Below are positions 10,963 through 20,870 of a stretch of DNA of 64,000 nt, in pieces. The translations under genes and the position numbers were made by a program. The notes beneath the pieces were generated by a model. It was not told the origin of the DNA. It was given only the letters and a program-made list of their open reading frames with translations, and ran no database searches. The first letter of the stretch is position 1; every line of letters starts with the position of its first letter. Source of the DNA: Candidatus Bathyarchaeota archaeon (GTDB taxonomy: Archaea > Thermoproteota > Bathyarchaeia > Bathyarchaeales > Bathycorpusculaceae); contig CAVYES010000009.1 of NCBI GenBank assembly GCA_963767735.1, positions 1-64,000 of the forward strand. The letters are read 5' to 3'.

Positions 10963-11258
10963 TTACATCGCGCCTCAGTTAACGCTCTGCCGAGTATTAA
11001 AAGCATGTTTTTGAGTGATTGAGCTGCAAGATTTACCCGCAAAGCTCTAAAGCACACACAAACACCTGAAACCGCCAATTTATCCAGCATTTTTTTTCTA
11101 AGGCGAGATCGAGCCATTATGCACTACAGCCCATTATATACTATTAAGCTCTTTTAAGTTTTGTTTATCAATGCTTACTTGCTTAGCTATAAACCCATAG
11201 TTTAGAACACACCCCATAAAAAAGTATCTCAAGAAACAGTACATTATTGTTGAAGCTG

Positions 11259-11882
11259 CTAAGGCTCCTTCATGAAGACAATAAAATCTTCTAGGCTTCT
11301 GGGCTCCAACGTGTAATTAGACTTTCTTTCCTCGCCTATAGTTGACGAAGGCTTCCATCCATAATCATGCCCCGGATAAACTTCCACAGAATCATTTAGT
11401 TTCAAAAGCTTATTGAATAAACTATCATACATGCTCTTTGAGCTGCCGCCTGGAAAATCAGTTCTTCCACATTCGCCAACAAATAAAGTGTCACCCGTCA
11501 ACAGCTTCCTATTATCCACCAGCAAGCAAATACTGTCCAACGTGTGTCCCGGCGTATAAATCACCTTAATCTGAACCTCGCCGACAGTTAGCACGTCGCC
11601 ATCTTCAACTGCAACATCGTAGTTTAATTTTGAAAGTTTATGAGCAACCAGTTTCGCCCCAAAAATAGAGGTTAACTCTGTGTTCCCAGCAGTGTGGTCA
11701 GAGTGTCCATGAGTGTTTATGATGTACTTTAAACTGAAGTTTTTACTTTTTAAAACCTTGATTATTTCGCCACTGTTAAAGCTTGAATCCACAACCGCCG
11801 CTTCAAAAGCAGCTTCGTCAGCTATAATGTACGAGAAATTGTCGCTGTGCTGCTGGATTTGTTTAAAAAACATACGTCTCAA
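11259..11882 (-). CDS. MBL-fold metallo-hydrolase (glyoxalase II/ETHE1-like)
   Basis: THGHSDH, TPGHT, TGDTLF, YPGHDY. Confidence 0.9.
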   Translation of the reverse strand: MRRMFFKQIQQHSDNFSYIIADEAAFEAAVVDSSFNSGEIIKVLKSKNFSLKYIINTHGHSDHTAGNTELTSIFGAKLVAHKLSKLNYDVAVEDGDVLTVGEVQIKVIYTPGHTLDSICLLVDNRKLLTGDTLFVGECGRTDFPGGSSKSMYDSLFNKLLKLNDSVEVYPGHDYGWKPSSTIGEERKSNYTLEPRSLEDFIVFMKEP

Positions 11883-12074
11883 CCATTAAAGAGGTTATCA
11901 AGGAACAATCTTTTGTTCTTTTCGCCTCTCCACCCGCAACTTTCCGCGCAACATACCCCTCCTATTTAATCCCAGCTGAAAATTTTAGGTCTGAACTGCA
12001 CAATAAGCTTAAAACACTTGTTAGTGTGCAAACAATCCTTCCGGCAGTGCCAACTACAGTTGATCGAAAACGGG

Positions 12075-12818
12075 CTAAGACAGGAGATTTGAGAGTAAAT
12101 TTATGTCTGAAGGAGGAAAACCCGAGTAATATTTTCCGAAGTAGCCATAAATGCTCATTTGCTTGCTCAGGTAAGGCTTTATTTTGTCTGCCCACAACCG
12201 CAAGTTTTCTTGGACGTCAACTTCTATTTTGCCTAAGGTACCCTTAACTTTTGTCCGGTCGCCCTCCCAGCGGACATACAAAAAATCTGAAGTAACTTCG
12301 CTGGTAATAGGCATAAAGGGACCATCGACCCATGCTAAAGCAACATTGTTATCTCGTAGAAGCGAATAAAACCCGTCGTTGAGAAAGCGTTCATCCCGAA
12401 CCTCAACTACATAGCGATGAGTTTTAGGCAACTTGTTTAGGAAATCAGCCAAATCAGGCAGGCGCTCAACACCGAAAACAGGAGGAAACTGCAACAGCAG
12501 TGGTCCAAGTTTTTCGCCGAGAAGTTTTGTTCTTTCAAGAAAAAGGTCAGTTTCACGCTGGCAATCGTTGAGCATTTTAACATGCGTTATTGCTCCGGGG
12601 AATTTTAGCGCAAAACGAAAGCCGTCGGGCGTTTGCTCTCTCCAGTGGGTTACGGCTTGCGGGTTTGGAATCCGATAAAATGTATTGTCAACTTCAACCG
12701 TGTTGAATTTGGTTGCGTAATAAGCCAAAAAATCTTTGGAAGCAGTTTTATTTGGGTAAAAAATGCCCCTCCAAAAATTGTAGCTCCAGCCAATAGTGCC
12801 TACATGAAGGTTTTGCAT
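12075..12818 (-). CDS. DUF72 (YecE-like) protein
   Basis: GTIGWSY..W, VEVDNTFY, K.P..ITH, LGPLLLQFPP, VEVR. Confidence 0.88.
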   Translation of the reverse strand: MQNLHVGTIGWSYNFWRGIFYPNKTASKDFLAYYATKFNTVEVDNTFYRIPNPQAVTHWREQTPDGFRFALKFPGAITHVKMLNDCQRETDLFLERTKLLGEKLGPLLLQFPPVFGVERLPDLADFLNKLPKTHRYVVEVRDERFLNDGFYSLLRDNNVALAWVDGPFMPITSEVTSDFLYVRWEGDRTKVKGTLGKIEVDVQENLRLWADKIKPYLSKQMSIYGYFGKYYSGFPPSDINLLSNLLS

Positions 12819-12819
12819 G

Positions 12820-14247
12820 CTACTCGTTTCCCTTTAGCAGCAACCAGTCCTTGTCCCCAGCCCTCTTCAACCGCACGAGAATATAGCGTCCCTTGAGGCG
12901 TTGGCCGCTAAGAGTGACTTCGATTTTATCGTTCTCCCATAGCTTGGGCTCGTAGTGGCCTTTATCCCAGATTTTTACAGTGCCAGCGCCATATTGGCCC
13001 TTGGGTATTTCACCTTCAAAACTGCCATATTCGTAGGGGTGATCCTCGGTTTCCACTGCCAAACGCCGCTCACGCGTATTCTCAGGCATCCCTTTGGGAA
13101 CAGCCCAGCTTTTGAGAACACCGTCTTTTTCCAATCTTAGGTCGTAGTGGAGTGCTCGTGCATGGTGTTCCTGGATAACAAAGATCAGGTTTTCAGCCTT
13201 CTTTTCCAGAGATCCTTTGGGTTCGGGTGTTTCTTCAAAATGACGTTTTGACGCGTACTCCGTTAGCCTATCAGTGTTCGCGTCGTCCACTTTCGTGTTC
13301 TCGACAATTTGGTCAAGGATACATTCGGCGGGCGATTTGTCTTCTCTTAAATGGTGAAAACGTGCCATCCGCAACTTCGTATCATCGGTGACTACTTGAT
13401 ACGCCACTTCACAGACCAACTCGGGCTTAAGCCAGGTCACCCGGTCACCAGCCTCGGGTTGGAAAGGAGCAACATCCGTTTTTAGCTTTTCAAATTTATC
13501 AGTTAAAATTCCAAGCATCTCCTCAGTAAAGCCTGTTCCAACTTTGCCCACATAAACCGCTTTTCCATCCTTATCATAAACGCCTAGTAGCAGTGCACCG
13601 AAAGTTGTTCCTCTGGATTGTGCACCTTGAGTATACCCAAAAATTACGCAGTCGCAAGTTCGCAGTTTTTTAATTTTTAGCCAGCTGCCAGTTCGCATGC
13701 CTTCCTCGTAGCGGCTGTCTTTTCTCTTTGCCATCACGCCTTCCAAGCCTTTTTCAAGAGTTGATTCAAAGTAAGCCTCGCCTTTTTCCTCAACAAAACT
13801 CGAAACAACCACATGTTCACCTTCACGTAACGAATCCTGCAAGATTTTTTTTCTTTCCAACAAAAGAAGATTCGTTAAAGGCTCTCCATCCTTCTCTAAA
13901 ATATCAAAAACCACGTATATCACGGGTGACCGCACCGTTTGCCTTTTAATTTCAACTTCAGAAACCGCCTGACCCCTTTTCAGCAAGCTTTGAAAATCAG
14001 GCTTCCCTTCTTTCAAAACGACAATTTCGCCATCCACAACAACATTGCTGCTCAACTGCTGAAGCTCAGATAACTCGGGAAAATTTTGTTTAAGCTCTTT
14101 TCCGTTGCGGCTTTTCAAACTTAAGTCTTTGTCAACATAGGCGATAGCTCTGAAACCGTCCCATTTAACCTCGAAAATCCAGTCTTTGCCCGAAAAAGGC
14201 TTCTCAGCGACCCGCGCCAGCATCGGCGTGTAGATGTGGCGGCTCAT
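12820..14247 (-). CDS. ligD: NHEJ ATP-dependent DNA ligase with C-terminal 3'-phosphoesterase domain (LigD LIG-PE)
   Basis: EVKWDG adenylation motif, DGE, EGVMAK, WLKIK, VGKVGTG; PE domain YASKR.F..TPEP, QEHHARALHYDLRLE, SWAVPKG, EDHP.EY. Confidence 0.93.
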   Translation of the reverse strand: MSRHIYTPMLARVAEKPFSGKDWIFEVKWDGFRAIAYVDKDLSLKSRNGKELKQNFPELSELQQLSSNVVVDGEIVVLKEGKPDFQSLLKRGQAVSEVEIKRQTVRSPVIYVVFDILEKDGEPLTNLLLLERKKILQDSLREGEHVVVSSFVEEKGEAYFESTLEKGLEGVMAKRKDSRYEEGMRTGSWLKIKKLRTCDCVIFGYTQGAQSRGTTFGALLLGVYDKDGKAVYVGKVGTGFTEEMLGILTDKFEKLKTDVAPFQPEAGDRVTWLKPELVCEVAYQVVTDDTKLRMARFHHLREDKSPAECILDQIVENTKVDDANTDRLTEYASKRHFEETPEPKGSLEKKAENLIFVIQEHHARALHYDLRLEKDGVLKSWAVPKGMPENTRERRLAVETEDHPYEYGSFEGEIPKGQYGAGTVKIWDKGHYEPKLWENDKIEVTLSGQRLKGRYILVRLKRAGDKDWLLLKGNE

Positions 14248-15068
14248 TGCTTTTCCAACTGTTTAATGGTTTCTCGCAGTGAAACCAAGAGGCTTTTAGT
14301 TTCCACTTCAGGGGGCTTCTCGATGTGGATTTTTTCGCCCTTCACCTTTTGCGCTATGAGTTCTTCGAGTCTTTTCTTGTAGGAGTCCTCAAATTCAGAC
14401 ATATCAAAGTCGCCTGAGAGGTCACTTACTATTTTTATAGCCATATCCAACTCAGCTTTCACGGGCTCCTCTAGTTTTTTGACCTCTTCAAAATCTTGCG
14501 GGTCAACCACATCGTAGGCATAACGCAGGGTTGTCAAAACTAATGCCCCTCGGTAGGCATGCAGCAATGCTGGGTACTCTTTGGTTCTCAAGGTTATGCG
14601 TCCAGCACCCGCTTTGTTTTTCTTTTCAAGCGCCGTTAATAGTAAACTGTATGCTTCCTTGTTTTTTTTGGGCATAAGAGCGTAAGTCTTGTCAAAGTAG
14701 ATTGGGTCAACCGAGAAGTAATCGACAAACTTGCTGATTCTAATTCGACTGTCTGATTCGGGTCTTGCAGCATCCAGCTCCTTTTTATCAAACGTGATGA
14801 AATCGTTTTTTGATACCTCGAAGCCACGAACAACCTCGTCCCACGGCACGATTTTATCATCTTTAGTGCACATTTTAACGTATTTCAAAGGTTGACCGTC
14901 AACTTTATGCAAAAAATGAAAAGCAATTCCCTTATCATAAATCATCGAATACAAGTTAACAGGGACATTAACCAAGCCTATTGTGATACTGCCCGACCAA
15001 ATTGATCTCCTTGGAGCTTGAGCACTTACTTTCTTGCTTGAGGATTTCTCGACATTTTCTTGCGCCAT
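14244..15068 (-). CDS. ku: Ku protein (NHEJ end-binding)
   Basis: RSIWSGSITIGLVNVPV, DPIYFDK.Y, F.DSY...L..LI..K..G. Confidence 0.95.
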   Translation of the reverse strand: MAQENVEKSSSKKVSAQAPRRSIWSGSITIGLVNVPVNLYSMIYDKGIAFHFLHKVDGQPLKYVKMCTKDDKIVPWDEVVRGFEVSKNDFITFDKKELDAARPESDSRIRISKFVDYFSVDPIYFDKTYALMPKKNKEAYSLLLTALEKKNKAGAGRITLRTKEYPALLHAYRGALVLTTLRYAYDVVDPQDFEEVKKLEEPVKAELDMAIKIVSDLSGDFDMSEFEDSYKKRLEELIAQKVKGEKIHIEKPPEVETKSLLVSLRETIKQLEKQ

Positions 15069-15070
15069 AA

Positions 15071-15982
15071 CTAAATCTCCAGTTTACATTTTTTTTCAAA
15101 AATATCTTTCCACGGATTACTAGTCCGTTTAACTACACTAAAAATAGTGTAGTCGGAGGGGTTTATTCCTTTCTTTACTTCACTCCAGTCTAATGGTGCT
15201 GAAACAGTTGCTTCAGGCGTAGGCCGTAAACTGTAGGGGACCACCATCGTGCGCAACGGCGAATTCTGAAGGTAGTCAGCGAAAACCTTTCCCGGCTTCT
15301 TGGTATCCTTGAACTCTGAAACAACAATTTCGCTTTCTTTTGCCAAATCAACCCCGATTCTATGCACAAAAGCTCTAGCTTCTTCAAAAGTCTGATCGGG
15401 AACAATGGGAATAGCGACGTGAAGCCCTTTTTTGCCCGAGGTCTTAACGAAAGGCGTTAAGCCTAAGTCTAAAAGCTTATCTTTAAGCAAAAGCGCAACA
15501 TCCGCGGCATCACTTAAGGTGGCTGGCGGCTCAGGGTCAATATCGAAGAATAGCAAATCAGGCGTATCTAAAGCGTTAATCTTGGAGAAAGGCATGTGGA
15601 TTTCTAACGCCGCCAAGTTAGCAAGCCAAATAAGAGTATCTAAATCATTGCAGATAATGTAGTGCACATCGCGTTTGGATGATGGCGAGTAAATCGTTTT
15701 TGTTTTAACCCACTCGGGAGTGCCTTCAGGAGCGTTTTTTTCAAAAAAACTGAATTTATCTCCTTCAATGCCATCTGGGTACCTGGTTAAAACCAACGGT
15801 CTGTCAGCTATGATTGGCAGCATTTTCGGCGCCATTTTAACGTAATATTCAATAACTTGCGCCTTAGTCACTTTATTTTTTGGATAAAGAATTTTATCTA
15901 AATTGGATAGTTTAACTTTAGTTAATTCGCTTAACTCATCATCCGCCACAATTTTCACCAAAACCGTAGAGTTCAAAAACAA
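15071..15982 (-). CDS. ligD: Stand-alone LigD polymerase domain (Prim-Pol/PolDom)
   Basis: LSNLDKILYP, RYPDG, FFEKN, FDIDP, KTSGKKGLH, DYLQN, PYSLR. Confidence 0.93.
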   Translation of the reverse strand: MFLNSTVLVKIVADDELSELTKVKLSNLDKILYPKNKVTKAQVIEYYVKMAPKMLPIIADRPLVLTRYPDGIEGDKFSFFEKNAPEGTPEWVKTKTIYSPSSKRDVHYIICNDLDTLIWLANLAALEIHMPFSKINALDTPDLLFFDIDPEPPATLSDAADVALLLKDKLLDLGLTPFVKTSGKKGLHVAIPIVPDQTFEEARAFVHRIGVDLAKESEIVVSEFKDTKKPGKVFADYLQNSPLRTMVVPYSLRPTPEATVSAPLDWSEVKKGINPSDYTIFSVVKRTSNPWKDIFEKKCKLEI

Positions 15983-16225
15983 CTCATTTACACTTAAACA
16001 CTATAAAGTACTAGTTTTTTTCTTTTTTGGGCAAAAACGGGAGCTGAGTCTACATCAAAAAAAACAGGCAAATCACCCCGAAAAACTTGGGTTTTCCATA
16101 GCTAAACCTAAATAGTTAACAAGATATAGTTATAAAATGTTAGAATTAATCGAGAAAAAGTAAATTTTGAAACCCGTGTTTGCTTTTTTCAAGATAATTC
16201 GCTATAAAAAAAGGAGAAAAGTAGT

Positions 16226-16846
16226 ATGAAATCAAAAAAACCGTCACTAGAAGATCAACTTGCATTCATTTCAGCGCAGCATAGCGTTTATCCAACCGAA
16301 CTGTTTCAAACTTTAATTAAAGCAAAAGAACACGGCAAATCCGCATGCGAAGACTTAACGGTTGAATACCGCGGAAGCGTTAACAACGAAGCCATTTTCC
16401 TAATAACCAAAGAAGGTAAAGTAATAGCGCAGTTCCGGGTTCCCCAAGAAACTCTCTTGCAAAAGGATGTTTCATTCGATAATTGGATGGCGACCAGCAG
16501 AGTTCGAAAAGAGATCGCAAAGCAAAACCCAGCTCCCACACACACGAAGATAGAGAATTTACATGTAGGAATGAAAAAAGTCAATGTGATGGCCAAAGTT
16601 TTGGAAACATCCGAGCCGTCCAAGGTCCACACTCAATTTCGAGACAACGCTCTTGTTTCCAACGCATGGATAGGAGACGAAACAGGAAAAATCATGCTTT
16701 GCCTCTGGGACCAACAGGTAAACGCCGTTTCACTGGGTGACTCCATCGAAGTAAAGAATGCCCATGTAGCAATGTTCAAAGCCGAAAAGCAACTTCGTCT
16801 CGGAAAAAACGGAACAATCACAATATTGGAAAAAGTCCCTGCTTAA
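16226..16846 (+). CDS. OB-fold ssDNA-binding protein (SSB/RPA-like) with N-terminal extension
   Basis: C-terminal KIENL..GMKKVNV, DETGKI.L.LW, GDSIEV.NA, LRLGKNG. Confidence 0.8.
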   Translation: MKSKKPSLEDQLAFISAQHSVYPTELFQTLIKAKEHGKSACEDLTVEYRGSVNNEAIFLITKEGKVIAQFRVPQETLLQKDVSFDNWMATSRVRKEIAKQNPAPTHTKIENLHVGMKKVNVMAKVLETSEPSKVHTQFRDNALVSNAWIGDETGKIMLCLWDQQVNAVSLGDSIEVKNAHVAMFKAEKQLRLGKNGTITILEKVPA

Positions 16847-16921
16847 CGAAACGTTGTAAAATATAAAATGTAAAAAACAAAAATTAAAATTGAAAATTTC
16901 AAGATAGTTGCTGTTTATTGT

Positions 16922-17596
16922 TTAGACATATTTTTTGTCGTTGTAGCAGTACCATCTTTTGTATTGCGGAATCCATGTGAGAGGCTGATTACATGTGGGG
17001 CAGGGTCGTTGAGTTGCCTTTTTCTCATTCACTGCAACATATTTTTTGTCGGTGTAGCAATACCAACGTTTGTATTGAGGAATCCACGTGAGAGCTTGAT
17101 TGCACGTTGGGCAAAGCGGTTGAGTGGATTCTTGCTTAACTTCAGTTTGAACCGCTTGCTGCTGCTCTGCTTGATATGGCCCAAAAACTTTTTCTTCCTC
17201 ACTGAGAGAACTCGTCTGAGTAGGTTGCTGCTGCGGTTCATATGACTTAGAAATCTTTTCTGTCCCGCTCAGAGAACTGGTTAGAATAGGTTGCTGCTGT
17301 TGGCTGGCACTTTCTGCGACCGCTTTTAGAAGTACGAAGTCTGATGCTGCTTGAACGTCTTCCCATGGGATATGTTGGATTTCCCCGGTCTCATTTTCCA
17401 CGGTCAAGCAAATGCCTGTCTTTCCAACAGTGAAGGCGATATCTTTAACTTTTCCAACTAATCGTCCTTTTGCATCTATTACTTGCATTGAGATTAGTGC
17501 TTCTCTAGTTAGAGGTTTATCGGTTTTTTCCATCTTTACACCCTTCTTATCCAGAATAGGAGCATCTGGTTTAAGAGATTTTCGTTTCCTGCTCAA
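16922..17596 (-). CDS. PRC-barrel protein with Q-rich linker and tandem C-terminal zinc ribbons
   Basis: VIDAKGRLVGKVKDI...IPWEDVQAASDFVLLK, plus two CPTCNQxLTWIPQYKRWYCY.DKKY repeats. Confidence 0.8.
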   Translation of the reverse strand: MSRKRKSLKPDAPILDKKGVKMEKTDKPLTREALISMQVIDAKGRLVGKVKDIAFTVGKTGICLTVENETGEIQHIPWEDVQAASDFVLLKAVAESASQQQQPILTSSLSGTEKISKSYEPQQQPTQTSSLSEEEKVFGPYQAEQQQAVQTEVKQESTQPLCPTCNQALTWIPQYKRWYCYTDKKYVAVNEKKATQRPCPTCNQPLTWIPQYKRWYCYNDKKYV

Positions 17597-17611
17597 ATCA
17601 GGTCATCAACC

Positions 17612-18133
17612 CTATTGTTCTGGGATCTCCCAGTAGCTAATTATGTCGCCTTTCACCCATCTGCCGCCTAAACTTCGAACAACCTCGTTGATGTCTTCCC
17701 ATTCAGCCTTCAAAAATTGAGTTGGCTTAACCACCACGCAGTCGCCTTTAACAGTGAAACTGAGCAGTTTGCGCTGCTCTGGGCTGAATTCATTTTCCAT
17801 TTTAATGGCGGCTTTGGTTGGCTGAGTTAACTTCACATTTGCAGACTTGGCTTCAAGCTTGGATTCGATTTTAGCAACGGTTGTTAGTATTGGTTTAGAC
17901 GCGGTTTTAGGTTCTTTTACGTTTGTCAATTTCAATTCCGGGATAGGATAGGTTTCGGCAACATCCTCGAAGCTGTCGCTTCTTACTATTGCAAGCACTT
18001 GCTTGGAAAACAAATCAAGTTTTAAGTCTAATAGTTCAGTATCGCCGGGCAAGTTGGAAGCCAAAGAGGACGCTTTTCCCTGTAACAACTCGATTAGGCA
18101 TTCGGGAGTTAATTTTATTATTCTCATTTTCAT
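17612..18133 (-). CDS. Hypothetical protein
   Basis: 173-aa ORF co-oriented with the PRC-barrel gene; C-terminal GGRWVKG motif. Confidence 0.65.
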   Translation of the reverse strand: MKMRIIKLTPECLIELLQGKASSLASNLPGDTELLDLKLDLFSKQVLAIVRSDSFEDVAETYPIPELKLTNVKEPKTASKPILTTVAKIESKLEAKSANVKLTQPTKAAIKMENEFSPEQRKLLSFTVKGDCVVVKPTQFLKAEWEDINEVVRSLGGRWVKGDIISYWEIPEQ

Positions 18134-18275
18134 GTTCGAGCACTCAGAATGCCTTTAGGTAACCGATAACTTAAAAGCATTACCCACATTCAGCCCTAAA
18201 CATTTTGGTTTATCTGCTGCAACTTTCAGGCAAGCTATCGAACGTTGATAAAAAGGCAAAAACAGAAAGAAACGT

Positions 18276-18872
18276 TTACGATACCTTGGATTTGGCTCTG
18301 AGACTTCGCCATTCCCTAAAGTTGCCGCAGTACATGCCCCAAGTTCTCAGCTTCGGAGATATCGCCTTAATTAAAGCTGGGCAGGCAATCAACACGATTG
18401 GCAGGTTAAGCGCAAACGTCGGCAACAGAATGGCTTGTGCTTCGCTTACCGTAAAAAGTTGAGGCAAAATTGTGTATTGCCAAAGAATGTAACCTACCCC
18501 TACAAAGAGGCTGAAAGCGTAAACACCGCAAAGAGCAAACAGGCTTTTCTTCTTTCCATCTTCAGCGGCCATTTTAGGCATAAGGGTCCAGTTTATTAGG
18601 TATATTATGAGTGCTACAACTGATTCGAACACTCCGAGAAAACCTAGGCCCTCAACGAAAGCGCCGCCTATGAATGCTCCAATCATCGCTCCTGCCAGTC
18701 CGCTCCATCCGAACCATATTGGAAAAACACCCAGCAGAACAATGGGAAGATAGAGGAGCGTGAAATGTGGCAGTGTTACCGAAAATGACAGGTAGAAGAA
18801 TACGGTGTAGAGGGCTGCTGTCATAGCCATTATTGAGGCGCGTTTGGCGCTGCTTGGTTTTAGCATAGACAT
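18276..18872 (-). CDS. ECF-type S-component-like membrane protein (QueT-like)
   Basis: AMTAALY, FG..G..GAMIGAFIG, ~5-6 TMs. Confidence 0.6.
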   Translation of the reverse strand: MSMLKPSSAKRASIMAMTAALYTVFFYLSFSVTLPHFTLLYLPIVLLGVFPIWFGWSGLAGAMIGAFIGGAFVEGLGFLGVFESVVALIIYLINWTLMPKMAAEDGKKKSLFALCGVYAFSLFVGVGYILWQYTILPQLFTVSEAQAILLPTFALNLPIVLIACPALIKAISPKLRTWGMYCGNFREWRSLRAKSKVS

Positions 18873-19223
18873 TAATTTTCAATCCTATGTTCCGCGTTTT
18901 AACGCTTTGAAGGGAAGAATTGAATAAAAGTGTTTTCGTTTGTATTACAATTGTAATACATAAGAATTTGATAAAACCAGCCATTTGACAAGATTTTACG
19001 AACGCCGCCGCTAAACATTTTTTCATCACCCAAAAACCCACACATTATTGCATCCTAAATAGGCATTTGAAACCCAATCAAATCTTCAACTTAAGAGCCA
19101 ATATTTACCACCCGACTTTTTTTGACTCAACCTAAAAACGAATAGAACCCAAAATCAAAAGCAGCCCAAACGAAAGATTAGTGGCGACGCAACTGTCGTT
19201 TACGAAATACTTTTTTTGCCTCG

Positions 19224-19292
19224 CTTGTCCTTCCTTGTCCTTCCTTATACTTCCTTATACTTCCTTGTCCTTTCTTGTCCTTCTATGTCCTT
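19224..19292. repeat. 10-bp tandem repeat, ~7 units (CTTGTCCTTC / CTTATACTTC variants)
   Basis: cttgtccttc cttgtccttc cttatacttc cttatacttc cttgtccttt cttgtccttc tatgtcctt, read directly. Confidence 0.9.
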
Positions 19293-19328
19293 TTGTGTAC
19301 GCAACATGCAAACAATTCAAACCCCAAA

Positions 19329-19541
19329 CAAAAAAAGCAACCCAAAACAGCCAGAACAAAAATGGCAACATGCTGTTGTTAACTGAACTTGAGCTGGAGG
19401 GATAGCTATTATCTCTTTGAGGGTCCAGTCCGCATCCAGTACGCGATTATTTGCGATTATTCTAGATTCAACCTGCAATCGATTCAAGCTTTGCTTCAAA
19501 AAAGCAACCCAAAACAAGCCCCAAAGAAAATGGCAACACGC
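19329..19541. repeat. Imperfect ~45-bp direct repeat pair (19329-19373 and 19497-19541)
   Basis: caaaaaa(a)gcaacccaaaaca...aaaatggcaaca(t/c)gc occurs twice in an intergenic region. Confidence 0.75.
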
Positions 19542-19645
19542 AAATGTTATATTCAAACGATAACTGCATTAGAATCAGAGACTGAGATGTCTGCGAGACT
19601 TTCATAGATAAAAATGCCTACATCGACCAAAGTATAAAAGTTCCA

Positions 19646-20620
19646 ATGAGTATAAGATGCAAAAACTGCCAGCCAGAACGTTGGATAAAAATGATTAGCC
19701 AACCCCGCTTAACTAAGATTGTTTTCATTGCAGCTATCGCGTTACTTCTCGCTTTGAACTTGTACACTTTCATAGTGGCTTATCCGGAGACCTACGCCGT
19801 CAACGCAGGCATCAACGCTTCAGGCACCATATTGGCAAAAGATTTCTCAGCCTATTACATGGGTGCTTGGAGGCTGTGGAACAATCCAGCGCACATTTAC
19901 ACTTTTGGGGCTCTAAAAGACGGGGAACCACTTATACTTCCGCATCCTGAAGCCTACAAGTACCTGCCTTCTTTCTTGCTTGTTGTCTCGCCTTTTCTCT
20001 CGTTGAATTATCAGCAGGCACTTTTAGCGTTTGACATAGTTCAGTTTATGCTTCTTCCCCTAATGGCGTACATGATCTACAAGATCTTAGAAAACAAGCC
20101 ACTTGCAGTTACCTTCGCGGTGATGGTTGTTGCGTTGCTGCTGCCGTTCCCTTCTCCGCAAGGGGGTCTTTCGCTGAGCTACTATTGGCAGTGGGGCGAG
20201 GGACAAGCCAAAGTCTTCATCACCTTCCTGCTTCTGCTCAGCTTCTATTTCGCCAGCAAAGGAAAACCATACCTGTCTGGAATCACTTTTGCCTTCGGGT
20301 TTTTTGACCCAAGATTCGGACTGCTGGCTATACCGCTCTTTGTAATGTACAACCGCAAAAAAATCAAAGCAGCAACAGCAAGCGCAATCGGCGCATTGGC
20401 ATTGTCGAATCTGATGCTCCTTTATCCAGGCATGGCATCTGGCTTCACCAGCATGGTTTTCTCCTCTGCCGTTAATACGCCACTCTACTATTACTCGCTC
20501 ATACCCCTCTTCACCTTGCTATCTCTAATTGTCGTTAACTACAAAGAAATCGGTTCGGCATTCGATCCCAGAAAGAAATCTGCTTGCTTCACAAACACAA
20601 CAAAACGGCAACAACGGTAA
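19646..20620 (+). CDS. GT87 (DUF2029)-like membrane glycosyltransferase
   Basis: KDFSAYY.GA, YKYLPSF, GQ motif, multiple TMs; likely start ~19691. Confidence 0.72.
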   Translation: MSIRCKNCQPERWIKMISQPRLTKIVFIAAIALLLALNLYTFIVAYPETYAVNAGINASGTILAKDFSAYYMGAWRLWNNPAHIYTFGALKDGEPLILPHPEAYKYLPSFLLVVSPFLSLNYQQALLAFDIVQFMLLPLMAYMIYKILENKPLAVTFAVMVVALLLPFPSPQGGLSLSYYWQWGEGQAKVFITFLLLLSFYFASKGKPYLSGITFAFGFFDPRFGLLAIPLFVMYNRKKIKAATASAIGALALSNLMLLYPGMASGFTSMVFSSAVNTPLYYYSLIPLFTLLSLIVVNYKEIGSAFDPRKKSACFTNTTKRQQR

Positions 20621-20870
20621 CCCGGTGCTTCCTTTATCAGTTTACAGCCAAATTGGTTAGTTTCATCTAAAACGGTGCTTCTCCGTCTTTCTTTCACTTA
20701 GTGATTTTCAAACAACTCTAATGGAGGAAAAAGAAGTTAGTTTTAGCAGCTAAACGATTTGCTGTTTGATTCTTAAGCGTTCTGCGTCCAATATAGAATA
20801 TTGCCTTAAATGTTATAGGCTAGAAGCGCAGTAACAGATACTATCGCCTTCGCGGGTAATTAAAAGAGGA

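Noticed and set aside
19224-19292. Possible CRISPR array
   Set aside because: Contiguous 10-bp units with no spacers and no cas genes; no CRISPR array was seen anywhere in the window.
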